DNA of 64,000 nt, taken from positions 17,516-81,515 of the forward strand of contig OOHL01000003.1 in the NCBI GenBank assembly GCA_900321105.1. Reading direction: 5' to 3'. Numbering within the stretch: the first letter of the stretch is position 1; the number at the start of each line of letters is the position of its first letter. The notes below the pieces were generated by a model that saw nothing but the letters and a program-made list of their open reading frames with translations, did no database searches and was not told the origin of the DNA. A program made the translations under genes and the position numbers. The DNA is from an uncultured Pseudomonadota bacterium. Lineage in GTDB: Bacteria; Pseudomonadota; Alphaproteobacteria; Rs-D84. Shown piece by piece: positions 48,744 to 58,582 of the stretch.

Positions 48744-49028
48744 ATGGCAAACAATTTACAAAATATAAATCAACCACAATCAAATGATGGCCTTAAGGTA
48801 TTAAACGGTTGTTTAACATCATTGCTTTTGGTTATTTTGATTGCTCTTGCTGGGAACGAATTAAAACGCTCTAATATAAGATTGCAACAGGACAAAACAC
48901 AATTTGAACATAAACAAGACAGGACGGTTGTTAAAACATCTGTTGAACAAGATACCCTGAAAATAGGCTCTTATCAAAAAACTTATATGCCTTTATTAAG
49001 ACAAATACAAAGACAAAAAGGAAATTGA
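48744..49028 (+). CDS. Small single-TM hypothetical protein
   Basis: AAGGA SD; hydrophobic CLTSLLLVILIALAG segment. Confidence 0.7.
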   Translation: MANNLQNINQPQSNDGLKVLNGCLTSLLLVILIALAGNELKRSNIRLQQDKTQFEHKQDRTVVKTSVEQDTLKIGSYQKTYMPLLRQIQRQKGN

Positions 49029-49029
49029 T

Positions 49030-49377
49030 ATGTATAACAAAGATAATGTGTTTGCAAAAATTTTGCGCGGGGAAATCCCAAACAAAACGGTTTACAGTGA
49101 CGATAATGTTTTGGCTTTTTATGATGTTGCGCCAAGGGCAAAGGTTCATGTTCTGGTAATACCACGTGGGGAATATACTGATATTTTTGATTTTACACAA
49201 AATGCCCCGGTTGAATTACAGGTGGCTTTTTGGCGTGGTGTTCGTAATACCGTTGAAAAACTAGGACTGCGCGATAATTTCAGAACTGTCGCCAATACTG
49301 GTCGCGGGGCAGGTCAATCGGTTATGCATTTCCACATACATATTATGAGCGATGAAAGATTTGTCGAAGAATTTTAA
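49030..49377 (+). CDS. HIT (histidine triad) nucleotide-binding protein
   Basis: FAKILRGEIP, HVLVIP, AGQSVMHFHIHI. Confidence 0.93.
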   Translation: MYNKDNVFAKILRGEIPNKTVYSDDNVLAFYDVAPRAKVHVLVIPRGEYTDIFDFTQNAPVELQVAFWRGVRNTVEKLGLRDNFRTVANTGRGAGQSVMHFHIHIMSDERFVEEF

Positions 49378-49582
49378 TATACGTGTCACACCACATTCTA
49401 AACAAAATAAAGTTGTTGAAAGTGATGGTGTTTTGCGCGTTTATACAACCGTTGCACCTGAAAATGGACACGCAAATTCCGCTGTTATCGAATTGTTGTC
49501 CGAATATTTAAATGTTCCAAAATCAAGAATCAAGATTTTGCGCGGACTAACAGGACGTGATAAGGTCGTCACCGTTGATTAA
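49352..49582 (+). CDS. DUF167/YggU family protein
   Basis: VTPHSK, APENGHAN, VPKS.I.I.RG.T.RDK. Confidence 0.85.
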   Translation: MKDLSKNFNIRVTPHSKQNKVVESDGVLRVYTTVAPENGHANSAVIELLSEYLNVPKSRIKILRGLTGRDKVVTVD

Positions 49583-50119
49583 GCGTTTAATTAAATCTTC
49601 GGGTGTGTTAACAACATGTAAATTATAGGCATCTGCGTTTGGCATAAATCCTGAATTTTGCATGTGTGTCATAACATGACCGAATATTTCCCAATATTTT
49701 GCAGTATTCATCATATAAATAGGTTTGCAGGATTCGCCAACCTGTTGTTTAGTCATAATATCAGTCATTTCGTCCAATGTTCCAATACCACCAGGTAAAA
49801 TTACAAACGCATCAGATAATTCATACATTTCTTCTTTGCGTGCGGATAATCCATCAACAACCTTAACATCAATTTCTGCGTGTGCAGGTTCTTGCAAGGA
49901 CACAACATGTGTTGTTGAAATACCAATAACATTTCCGCCGTTTTCCAATGCCGCACTGGCAACCGTACCCATCAATCCAACGTTTCCACCACCAAAAACA
50001 AGGGTTATTTTGTTGCGTGCCAATAATTCGCCGATACGGCGTGCATCGCGTGCATATTCCGGGTTGTTTCCAAATTGATGACCACAATAAACAGCTACAG
50101 ATTTTATTTTTCCGTTCAT
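49547..50119 (-). CDS. LOG family phosphoribohydrolase (TIGR00730-like)
   Basis: VYCG, VFGGG..GLMG, RK..M, PGGIGTLDE. Confidence 0.9.
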   Translation of the reverse strand: MNGKIKSVAVYCGHQFGNNPEYARDARRIGELLARNKITLVFGGGNVGLMGTVASAALENGGNVIGISTTHVVSLQEPAHAEIDVKVVDGLSARKEEMYELSDAFVILPGGIGTLDEMTDIMTKQQVGESCKPIYMMNTAKYWEIFGHVMTHMQNSGFMPNADAYNLHVVNTPEDLIKRLINGDDLITSC

Positions 50120-50169
50120 TTTTTCTTTTTCCTTTATTTTTTGAAATTATACCATAAAATAAGTCTGTT

Positions 50170-51138
50170 ATGAATCAAAAGTTTATGGATTTTATTGATA
50201 AATACAAAAACTCTAAAATGGCCATCGCGGTCAGCGGTGGTGTTGATTCTGTGTGTTTGCTTTATTGGATGCACGAAGTTGGCGCAGATATCGTTTGCTT
50301 GCACGTTAATCATAAATTGCGACCAGAGGCAGATACAGAAACAGAATATGTTAAAGATACGTGTAAACAATTAAACATCCCATGTCATATTTTTTATTGG
50401 ATGGACGAAAAACCAAAAAAAGGATTGGAAGCTGCTGCGCGTGAAGCACGCTATAAAATGATGACAGATTTTTGTTATGAAAATGGGATTGAATACCTTT
50501 TGACTGCACATCAAAGTGATGATCAAATTGAAACGTTTTTGATGAATCTTTCGCGGGGCAGTGGTCTTTATGGTTTGGCTGCAATGTTGCCAGAATCGGT
50601 TCGATATGGTATAAAAATCTTGCGTCCTTTGTTAAATGTATCGCGCGATGAAATTAAAAAATATTGTGATGATAACAATATCAAATATTTCACAGATTCT
50701 ATGAACAGCGATGATCATTATACGCGTGTAAAAATTCGCAAAAACAGACATCTTTTAAATGATGATCTAGGAATCAGTGACGCGCGACTTTTATTGGCAA
50801 TTCACAATCTGTCGCGAACACGTGAATGGATGGACAAATATATTGATGCACGCGTTGAAATGGTAATTCGTTCGTGGGGTGCATTGTTTGCGGAATCTTT
50901 TTTGTTTGACGAAGCCGAAGAAATTAGATTAAAGTTTTTGGGAACTTTGATTCAAAGAATAGGTGGGGATGTTTATCCAGTGCGCTTGAATTCTTTGCAA
51001 AATGCACTATCTAGACTACAAGGTGACACTAAATTTACACTGGGACATTGCACAATTCGCAGATTAAATGGCCGAATCTTGATTGTTCCCGAAGGAAAAA
51101 GAACAAGTTTTAGGAAACGACATGAAAAACGAAAATAA
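50170..51138 (+). CDS. tilS: tRNA(Ile)-lysidine synthase
   Basis: AVSGGVDS PP-loop, HVNHKLR, EAAAREARY, TAH..DDQIET, RPLL; precedes ftsH. Confidence 0.95.
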   Translation: MNQKFMDFIDKYKNSKMAIAVSGGVDSVCLLYWMHEVGADIVCLHVNHKLRPEADTETEYVKDTCKQLNIPCHIFYWMDEKPKKGLEAAAREARYKMMTDFCYENGIEYLLTAHQSDDQIETFLMNLSRGSGLYGLAAMLPESVRYGIKILRPLLNVSRDEIKKYCDDNNIKYFTDSMNSDDHYTRVKIRKNRHLLNDDLGISDARLLLAIHNLSRTREWMDKYIDARVEMVIRSWGALFAESFLFDEAEEIRLKFLGTLIQRIGGDVYPVRLNSLQNALSRLQGDTKFTLGHCTIRRLNGRILIVPEGKRTSFRKRHEKRK

Positions 51139-53026
51139 TATGAAAAATAATATAAATAATATGTTTAAAAAGAAAGACGGTTCAAAATTTTATTTAATCG
51201 CATTTGTTGTTTTGTTTATCGCATTGATTGCGCGCGTGATTTTCGTTGGTGTGCAAAATACACAAATCAATAATGGCACCGAAATAAAGGCACCGATTGA
51301 ATTGTCTTTTTCTGATGTGTTGCGTCGTGCAAATGATATTAAAACAATGGAAATTCACAAAGATGATGTCGCAACTGGAACGATGAAAGATGGGACGCCA
51401 TATCGTGCAACGATAACTTATAATCCTGAATTATTGGAAAAGATTTCCAAAAATGGTGCGACAGTTTCTATTAATAACAGTGATTCAATGTGGGATGGTG
51501 TTGCGAAATGGTTGCCAATTTTAGTCAGTGCTCTTTTCTTAATCTGGTTGCTGCGTTTAATGCGCGGTGGCAGTAATGGTGGCGGTATCACACGCAGTTT
51601 GATTGGTCAAAATCCAACTAAAATTACAACCGGGAAAACCAAGACCACATTTAAAGATGTTGCCGGTATAGATACCGAAAAACAAGAATTGATGGAAGTT
51701 GTAGAATTCTTGAAAAACAAAGAAAAATTTAAGGCACTTGGTGCGCGTATTCCACGTGGTATTTTGTTATCTGGTGAACCTGGAACTGGTAAAACATTAT
51801 TGGCGCGCGCCGTTGCAGGCGAAGCGAACGTTCCGTTCTTTGCTACATCTGGCAGTGATTTTTCGGGTATCATCGTTGGTTTGGGCGTTGCAAAAATCAA
51901 AGAAATTTTTGAATTGGCAAAACGTAATGCACCATGTATTTTATTTATTGATGAAATTGATGCAATTGGTCAAAGCCGCAGTAAACATTCACTTAATGAT
52001 AATGACCGTGAACAAACTTTGAATCAGTTGCTGATTGAAATGGATGGTTTTGCAAATGATACAGGTGTAATTGTAATTGCTGCGACAAATCGTCCAGATA
52101 TGCTGGACAAGGCTTTGTTGCGTCCGGGACGTTTTGACAGACAAATCAATATTGATTTACCAAACTTGGAAGGACGTCGTGATATTTTGGAATTACATGC
52201 AAAAAAATTTAAAATCGCAGACAATCTTTCTTTGATGGATGTTGCACGTGGAACAACCGGATTTTCAGGGGCAGATTTGGAAAACCTGTTGAACGAAGCC
52301 GCGTTGCATGCGGTGCGTTCTGACCACAAGGTTGTTGAAAAAAGCGATATAGAAGAGGCGCGCGATAAAATTTTGATGGGACCAAAAAAGAACCGTAAAA
52401 TCCGCCCAGAAGATATTAAATTAACCGCGTATCACGAAGCTGGTCATGCGTTTGTAAGTGTCCATTACAGTGACATCACAGACCCTATACATAAGGCGAC
52501 AATTATCCCACGTGGCATGGCATTGGGTATGGTGCAACATTTGCCAGTTGATGACAAAGTATCAATGACAATCGAAGAAGTTCGTGCGAATTTGGCGATT
52601 GATTTGGCTGGTCGTGCATCCGAAGAAGTATTCTTTGGTAAAAACAAAATTACGACCGGTGCGGCATCCGATATTGAAATGGCAACACGTTTGGCACGCA
52701 GATCTATTACAATGGCGGGTTTGTCTGAAAAAATAGGTATGGTTGCTGTTAACCAGGCCAACACATTTGGTCAGAAAATTGCGCTGGAAAATGCATCTGA
52801 AAAAACAGCCGAAGCAGTTGATGCCGAAATTCGTTCTTGGTTAGATAACGCATATAAAGATGCCAAGAATTTAGTGTCTAAAAACAAATCCACTGTTGAA
52901 AAAATAGCAAAGGCCTTGTTGGATAAAGAAACATTGTCTGGCGAAGAAATTCGTGAAATTGTTTTGGGTAAAAAAGCGGTTGCTAAAAAGAAAGCAACAG
53001 CCAAAAAATCAAATGCAAAAAAATAA
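51122..53026 (+). CDS. ftsH: ATP-dependent zinc metalloprotease FtsH
   Basis: Two TM segments, GEPGTGKT, FIDEID, ATNR, RPGRFDR, HEAGH. Confidence 0.95.
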   Translation: MKNENNMKNNINNMFKKKDGSKFYLIAFVVLFIALIARVIFVGVQNTQINNGTEIKAPIELSFSDVLRRANDIKTMEIHKDDVATGTMKDGTPYRATITYNPELLEKISKNGATVSINNSDSMWDGVAKWLPILVSALFLIWLLRLMRGGSNGGGITRSLIGQNPTKITTGKTKTTFKDVAGIDTEKQELMEVVEFLKNKEKFKALGARIPRGILLSGEPGTGKTLLARAVAGEANVPFFATSGSDFSGIIVGLGVAKIKEIFELAKRNAPCILFIDEIDAIGQSRSKHSLNDNDREQTLNQLLIEMDGFANDTGVIVIAATNRPDMLDKALLRPGRFDRQINIDLPNLEGRRDILELHAKKFKIADNLSLMDVARGTTGFSGADLENLLNEAALHAVRSDHKVVEKSDIEEARDKILMGPKKNRKIRPEDIKLTAYHEAGHAFVSVHYSDITDPIHKATIIPRGMALGMVQHLPVDDKVSMTIEEVRANLAIDLAGRASEEVFFGKNKITTGAASDIEMATRLARRSITMAGLSEKIGMVAVNQANTFGQKIALENASEKTAEAVDAEIRSWLDNAYKDAKNLVSKNKSTVEKIAKALLDKETLSGEEIREIVLGKKAVAKKKATAKKSNAKK

Positions 53027-53657
53027 TGAAGTAAAATTTGAAATATTGCAAATGCCACCACGAAATACAGATTCGTTGCTGGTAAGTGTCGGAATGGATG
53101 CTGTTATTTTTGACCCTTGGGGTAAAGCAAAAGATTGGGAAAAAGTGTTGCTTGATCGCGGATTAAGATTGCGTGGTATATATGCAACACATGGACATCC
53201 AGACCATATATCTGCGGCACCGGCACTTGCGCGGGCGTTTAATGTAGATTGGTTTTTAAATGCAAATGATAATTATTTAATTGGTTGGGGAAATGAATTA
53301 TTGGATATGTTCGGCATACCGCATATTCATGATAATTATAAAAAGCCAATAAATATATCTGCTGGTTCTGTTGAAATATTGCCTGGTATAAAAATGGAAA
53401 TAATGGAAAGTCCTGGACATACACCTGGCGGTCTGATGTTTTATTTTCCAAAGTATAAAATTTTAATGGTTGGCGATACTTTATTCCAAGAAAGTTATGG
53501 AAATACGACATTTCCTGGCGGCGATGAAAATCAGATATATGAATCTATTCATAATTTATATGAAATGGATTTAGATGATGAAACATATGTTGTTCATGGG
53601 CATGGTATGGATACCACAATTGGATGGCTGAAAAAACATAATCCGTATTTTAAATAG
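53013..53657 (+). CDS. MBL-fold metallo-hydrolase (glyoxalase II/YcbL-like)
   Basis: THGHPDH, PGHTPG, GDTLF, HGHG. Confidence 0.9.
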   Translation: MQKNNEVKFEILQMPPRNTDSLLVSVGMDAVIFDPWGKAKDWEKVLLDRGLRLRGIYATHGHPDHISAAPALARAFNVDWFLNANDNYLIGWGNELLDMFGIPHIHDNYKKPINISAGSVEILPGIKMEIMESPGHTPGGLMFYFPKYKILMVGDTLFQESYGNTTFPGGDENQIYESIHNLYEMDLDDETYVVHGHGMDTTIGWLKKHNPYFK

Positions 53658-54411
53658 AAAAAACCAAAACGCGATTTATACCTGACAAATCTTTATCAGC
53701 ACGTTCAAATTTCCAATTATTTTTTGCAAAAATTTTTTTCACATGAATCATTTGTCCTGCACCAATTTCCAGATATATTTTCCCATTTTCTTTTAACAGT
53801 TTTTTCGCATTTTTTGCAATCTGTTCATAAGCCAACAATCCGTCGCTTTTTGCGTAAAGTGCGATTTTTGGATCAAATGTCGCGCCTTTATTTACACGGG
53901 AATCACCATATTTTATATATGGTGGATTTGAAACAATAATATCAAATTTTACATTTGATTTAAATTTTGCAAAATCAGAATGTTTTAATTCAATTGGCAA
54001 TTTTAATTTCTTGATATTTTTTCGTGCAACACGCAATGCGCCGCGTGATTTATCAATCGCAACGCCCGATACGTTTGGTATGTTTTTACACAGTGCACAT
54101 ATTATGCAACCGGTTCCGGTTCCCATATCCAAAATATAACGTGGAAGGTTTGTATCACAATCTTTTATCACGGATTCAACCAATGTTTCGGTATCTGGGC
54201 GCGGATCCAGTGTATATTTATTCGTATAAAATTCAATTCCATAAAACCATTTTGAATGAATTATTTTTGCAACTGGCATACCATGTTTTAATAAATGTGC
54301 GTAATACAAGGCACGTAAAAAAGAAATCTTTGGGTGTTTTTGCGTGATAATTCTGGCGATATGAGCATCGCTTGATTTCTGTAAAATTGTGAACGCTTGA
54401 TTTATATTCAT
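53650..54411 (-). CDS. prmC: Release factor glutamine methyltransferase
   Basis: PRPDTETLV, LDMGTGTGCI, VSNPPYI, EIG..Q, DLSG..R. Confidence 0.92.
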   Translation of the reverse strand: MNINQAFTILQKSSDAHIARIITQKHPKISFLRALYYAHLLKHGMPVAKIIHSKWFYGIEFYTNKYTLDPRPDTETLVESVIKDCDTNLPRYILDMGTGTGCIICALCKNIPNVSGVAIDKSRGALRVARKNIKKLKLPIELKHSDFAKFKSNVKFDIIVSNPPYIKYGDSRVNKGATFDPKIALYAKSDGLLAYEQIAKNAKKLLKENGKIYLEIGAGQMIHVKKIFAKNNWKFERADKDLSGINRVLVFSI

Positions 54412-54445
54412 ATTTTTATTATAATGGCGCTTATGAAAAAAGCAA
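54397..54445. promoter_or_regulatory. Bidirectional promoter with overlapping -10 boxes
   Basis: Plus: TTGATT-17-TATAAT-7-ATG(54433). Minus: TTGCTT-16-TATAAT-6-ATG(54411). Shared palindrome ATTATAAT at 54418-54425. Confidence 0.7.
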
Positions 54446-55773
54446 AAATTATTATTAAAAAGATGACTACCGGGTTGGTAAAATCTTGTAAAAAAATCGG
54501 CAATATGAAAATTGAAACATTGTCGCGTATTATTTTATATATCGCATTATTTATGGTTGTTTTGGCGGCTGGCGTTATTTGTTTTTACAAGCCTGCACGT
54601 GATGCGGTGTTTTCAAGTGAAACACACACTGTTGTTGCGGTGAAATCTGGTGATACACTCTCGAAAATCCTGGGCGAAAATGGGTTTTCAATGCGTGATA
54701 TTGACATAATTTCAAAGAATTTAAAGAAAGATGCAGACTTTACAACATTGCGCGCTGGACGTGACAGAATTGATTTTGTTCGCAGCAATGAAAACGCACC
54801 AATTTCAAAAATAGTTATCGAAAATGGTCCATGGAACAGAATTGAAATTGATTGTGGAACACCCGATACATGGCAATGTCAGAAAATAGAAATTGAACGT
54901 GATACGCGCGTTTCTTATAAAGAGGGCGAAATCGCCAGTGGCAGCAGTTTTTACCTTTCCGCCATGGATGCCGGCATTCCCGAAGGAATTATATTAGATG
55001 TTTATGATTTGCTTGCTTTTGAAATGGATTTTGAACGTGATATTCGTGCAGGACAAAAATTCTATGTTTTGTACGAAGAAAATTTTGCATCTGATAAAAA
55101 GGTTGATAATGGACATGTTTTGGCAGTGTCGTTTGATGCGTTGCGTGGAAACGTTCAAATGTATCGCTATGTAAAACCTGATGGTAAATCTGGGTATTAT
55201 GATGAAAAGGGCAATGGTGCGATTAAGTCGTTGAAGCGCACCCCAATCAATAATGCCAAGGTCACATCCAGTTTTTCCAAAGGGCGCAAACATCCGGTAC
55301 TTGGATTTACACGTGCGCACAAGGGTGTTGATTTCCGTGCGCCAACCGGAACACCAATTCCAGCCGCCGGGGCAGGTCGTGTAATCGCAAAAAGTTTTAA
55401 CCGCGGCCATGGTAATTTTGTAAAAATACGTCACAATGGCACATTTGAAACTTTGTATGCACATTTGTCTAAATTTGCCAAAGGTGTCAATGTTGGAACC
55501 GTTGTTCGCCAGGGACAGATTATCGGTTATGCCGGGTCAACAGGTCTTTCAACCGGACCACATTTACATTACGAAGTTATCAAAAATGGCGTTCATGTAA
55601 ATCCGTTAACTGTGAAATTACCTGCGATTGATAATTTGGATGCAAATAACAAAAAATTGTTTATGGAACAAAAAGCCAAAGTTGATGCAACAATTGAATC
55701 TTTGAAATTAAATCCAAAGCAAATTATTAGATCAGATATAGATGATAAAAAGATTAATAAAAATTCAAAATAA
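54433..55773 (+). CDS. M23 (MepM/Csd3-like) peptidoglycan endopeptidase with N-terminal TM and LysM-like region
   Basis: HKGVDF, YAHL, GLSTGPHLHYEV; VKSGDTL; start corrected to 54433. Confidence 0.92.
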   Translation: MKKAKIIIKKMTTGLVKSCKKIGNMKIETLSRIILYIALFMVVLAAGVICFYKPARDAVFSSETHTVVAVKSGDTLSKILGENGFSMRDIDIISKNLKKDADFTTLRAGRDRIDFVRSNENAPISKIVIENGPWNRIEIDCGTPDTWQCQKIEIERDTRVSYKEGEIASGSSFYLSAMDAGIPEGIILDVYDLLAFEMDFERDIRAGQKFYVLYEENFASDKKVDNGHVLAVSFDALRGNVQMYRYVKPDGKSGYYDEKGNGAIKSLKRTPINNAKVTSSFSKGRKHPVLGFTRAHKGVDFRAPTGTPIPAAGAGRVIAKSFNRGHGNFVKIRHNGTFETLYAHLSKFAKGVNVGTVVRQGQIIGYAGSTGLSTGPHLHYEVIKNGVHVNPLTVKLPAIDNLDANNKKLFMEQKAKVDATIESLKLNPKQIIRSDIDDKKINKNSK

Positions 55774-55797
55774 AAAACACCCAAAACGGGTGTTTTT
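55772..55797. terminator. Bidirectional intrinsic terminator
   Basis: AAAAACACCC-aaaac-GGGTGTTTTT. Confidence 0.75.
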
Positions 55798-56002
55798 ATT
55801 TTTTTGCACCGATAAACAATGCGAATATCCAACCGATAAAAGACCAACCGAACATCCATGACCCCATACGTGCGCGCATGCGGTCGTATTTGGATTTATC
55901 GTTTGCCGCCGCCAGATATGCGGGCGTCAAAACAATAATTGCAAATATTGCAACAACAATCACATATTTTATAATTAACAAAATGTCATTTACCGATAAC
56001 AT
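55796..56002 (-). CDS. Superinfection-immunity (T4 Imm-like) small membrane protein
   Basis: 68 aa, TM-P..LA...GWSFIGWIFAL pattern matching the Imm family GWT.IGW..AL motif; ATG abuts the eno stop. Confidence 0.75.
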   Translation of the reverse strand: MLSVNDILLIIKYVIVVAIFAIIVLTPAYLAAANDKSKYDRMRARMGSWMFGWSFIGWIFALFIGAKK

Positions 56003-57265
56003 TTAAATTCCATATTTTGCATTGTTTCCTAATTCTTCTTCGATACGGATTAATTGGTTGTATTTTGCCATGCGGTCTGTGCGTGACATGGAACCTGTTT
56101 TTATTTGGCCCGCGTTTGTTGCAACCGCTAAATCTGCAATTGTGGTATCTTCGGTTTCGCCACTGCGATGTGAAATAATTACACCGTAATTTGCATCCTT
56201 TGCCATTTTAATCGCAGTCAATGTTTCAGTCAAAGAACCAATTTGATTCACTTTGATTAAAATTGCATTTGCAGCACCGTTTTCAATACCTTTCTTTAAC
56301 CGAATCGGATTTGTGACAAATAAATCATCACCAACTAATTGACATTTTCCACCAATTTCATCTGTCATTTTTTTCCAAGATTCCCAATCTTCTTCGGCCA
56401 GACCATCTTCGATAGAAATCACAGGATATTTTGAAATCAATTCCTTGTAGAATTCAATCATTTCATCTGATGTTTTTGTTGCGCCTTCGAAATGATAAAT
56501 TCCATCTTTATAAAATTCAGAAGATGCAACATCCAAACCAATTGATATTTCGCGACCTGGTTCATAGCCCGCATCGCGTATTGCTGCAATAATTGTATCA
56601 AGTGCTTCGACACATGTATTAAAGTTTGGTGCAAATCCACCTTCGTCACCAACATTTGTTGAATGATGTGATTTTTTCAAAATGGATTTCAAATGATGAA
56701 AAACTTCAGACCCCATACGAATCGCATCGACTTCATTTTTTGCACCATTTGGAATAATCATAAATTCCTGGGCATCCAGACCATTATCTGCATGTGCACC
56801 GCCATTTATAATATTCATCATTGGTCGGGGCAGGGTATCTGGATTTTCATTTCCGAAAATATTCGCAATATGTTTATAAAGTGGAATTTTTTGCGCATTT
56901 GCCGCAGCATGTGCGATTGCCAGCGATACAGACAAGATTGCATTTGCACCCAGTTTTTCTTTGTTTGGTGTGCCGTCCAATTCTAACATTTTATTATCAA
57001 TTTCTGATTGTTTTAATGCATCCATACCAATAATTACTGGTGCAATAATTTCATTTACATTTTTGACGGCTGTTAATACTGATTTCCCCATATAAGATTT
57101 GCCGGCGTCTCTTAATTCTAATGCCTCGAAAGAACCGGTAGATGCGCCAGATGGAACAGATGCACGACCAAACGCGCCACCATTTAACCAGACATCACAT
57201 TCAACTGTTGGATTGCCACGGGAATCCATAATTTGACGCGCAAAAACCTTTTCAATTGTGAACAT
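56003..57265 (-). CDS. eno: Enolase
   Basis: [48 protein letters not shown]. Confidence 0.98.
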   Translation of the reverse strand: MFTIEKVFARQIMDSRGNPTVECDVWLNGGAFGRASVPSGASTGSFEALELRDAGKSYMGKSVLTAVKNVNEIIAPVIIGMDALKQSEIDNKMLELDGTPNKEKLGANAILSVSLAIAHAAANAQKIPLYKHIANIFGNENPDTLPRPMMNIINGGAHADNGLDAQEFMIIPNGAKNEVDAIRMGSEVFHHLKSILKKSHHSTNVGDEGGFAPNFNTCVEALDTIIAAIRDAGYEPGREISIGLDVASSEFYKDGIYHFEGATKTSDEMIEFYKELISKYPVISIEDGLAEEDWESWKKMTDEIGGKCQLVGDDLFVTNPIRLKKGIENGAANAILIKVNQIGSLTETLTAIKMAKDANYGVIISHRSGETEDTTIADLAVATNAGQIKTGSMSRTDRMAKYNQLIRIEEELGNNAKYGI

Positions 57266-57285
57266 TTTTTCTTCCTTTTTCCATA

Positions 57286-58017
57286 CTACATAGTGAAATT
57301 TTCGCCCAGATAAACTTTTTTAACCATTTCGTCTTTGACGATTTCGTCGGTTGTTCCGTGTTTCAAAATTTTTCCATCGTGCAATACATAACTGCGGTCG
57401 GTAATGCCCAATGTTTCACGAACATTATGGTCTGTAATAATAACACCCAATCCACGATGTTTCAATTGTGATACTAATTCACGAATTTCGTTCACTGCGA
57501 TTGGGTCAATTCCTGCAAATGGTTCGTCCAACAAAATAAATTTAGGATCGTTTGCCAATGCACGTGCAATTTCAACACGACGACGTTCGCCGCCCGATAA
57601 AGCTGTCGCAGGGCTTTTACGTAAAAACGCAATTGAAAATTCATCCAAAAGTGCGTTTAATTTTTCTTCGCGTTTGGCGCGATTCGGTTCAACTATTTCA
57701 AGAATTGCCATAATATTATCTTCGACAGAAAGACCACGAAACACGCTGTTTTCCTGGGGCAGATAGCCAATGTGCAAACGTGAACGTTGATAAAAAGGCA
57801 AATGTGTGATATCTTGAGAATTTAAAAATATTTGTCCGCTTGTCGCTGCTAATTGTCCAGTGATACAATAAAATGCGGTTGTTTTTCCAGCACCATTTGG
57901 ACCCAACAATCCAACCGATTCGCCTTGGTTTGCGATTAAAGATATGTCGCGCAAAACAACACGTTTCCCATAATTTTTTGACAAGTGTTCAACACGTAAT
58001 ACTGATTGTTTTATCAT
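57286..58017 (-). CDS. lptB: LPS export ABC transporter ATPase LptB
   Basis: [51 protein letters not shown]. Confidence 0.96.
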   Translation of the reverse strand: MIKQSVLRVEHLSKNYGKRVVLRDISLIANQGESVGLLGPNGAGKTTAFYCITGQLAATSGQIFLNSQDITHLPFYQRSRLHIGYLPQENSVFRGLSVEDNIMAILEIVEPNRAKREEKLNALLDEFSIAFLRKSPATALSGGERRRVEIARALANDPKFILLDEPFAGIDPIAVNEIRELVSQLKHRGLGVIITDHNVRETLGITDRSYVLHDGKILKHGTTDEIVKDEMVKKVYLGENFTM

Positions 58018-58493
58018 AATTGTATCACCATTTCATCTGTTAATATTTTATCACCGTTGCTGGAATTAACACGAACATTTTTATACAGGGTTAATTCTTT
58101 GTTCTTTACATTAAATTGGCCGCGTTTTGCAGAAACACGATCTGTCACTTTTTTGTTATTTTGCATTCTGGTAATCACTCCAGATGGTTTTTCCAGAAAA
58201 ATTATATCAGGTTTATCGTATTTTTTGCGACCAGATTCTGCATTTATTTTAAAAGGGTTGCCATCTTTATCTGTGCCTACAAAAGACGCATTCGTCATTT
58301 TAAATTGATTCGTTACAACATCGCGCATATTTATAGCCGTTATCGGTGTCCACAAAATTTGCTTTGTTAATAATGATGCAGCAACCAAAACGGCAACCAT
58401 AACCAAACCCCATCCGGTAAAGAAAAACTGCCAAAGACGGGTAAGGCGTTTGTGTTTCGATATGATTATAAAATTGCGTTGATTATTTTGCAT
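58014..58493 (-). CDS. lptC: LptC-like LPS export protein (short)
   Basis: Single N-terminal TM, M..ASF.G.D..G.PF.I.A beta-jellyroll pattern; overlaps the lptB start; start corrected to 58493. Confidence 0.75.
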   Translation of the reverse strand: MQNNQRNFIIISKHKRLTRLWQFFFTGWGLVMVAVLVAASLLTKQILWTPITAINMRDVVTNQFKMTNASFVGTDKDGNPFKINAESGRKKYDKPDIIFLEKPSGVITRMQNNKKVTDRVSAKRGQFNVKNKELTLYKNVRVNSSNGDKILTDEMVIQL

Positions 58494-58499
58494 GTCACC

Positions 58500-58528
58500 A
58501 GTGTAGCGATTTATAAATAAAAATGCAA
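58500..58528 (-). promoter_or_regulatory. Sigma70-type promoter, probably leaderless (lptC operon)
   Basis: TTGCAT-17nt-TACACT-6nt-ATG(58493). Confidence 0.6.
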
Positions 58529-58582
58529 TTTTTATATTTATATAATCTTTTTTTTGTGATATAATATAAGCCAAAGAGAGAG

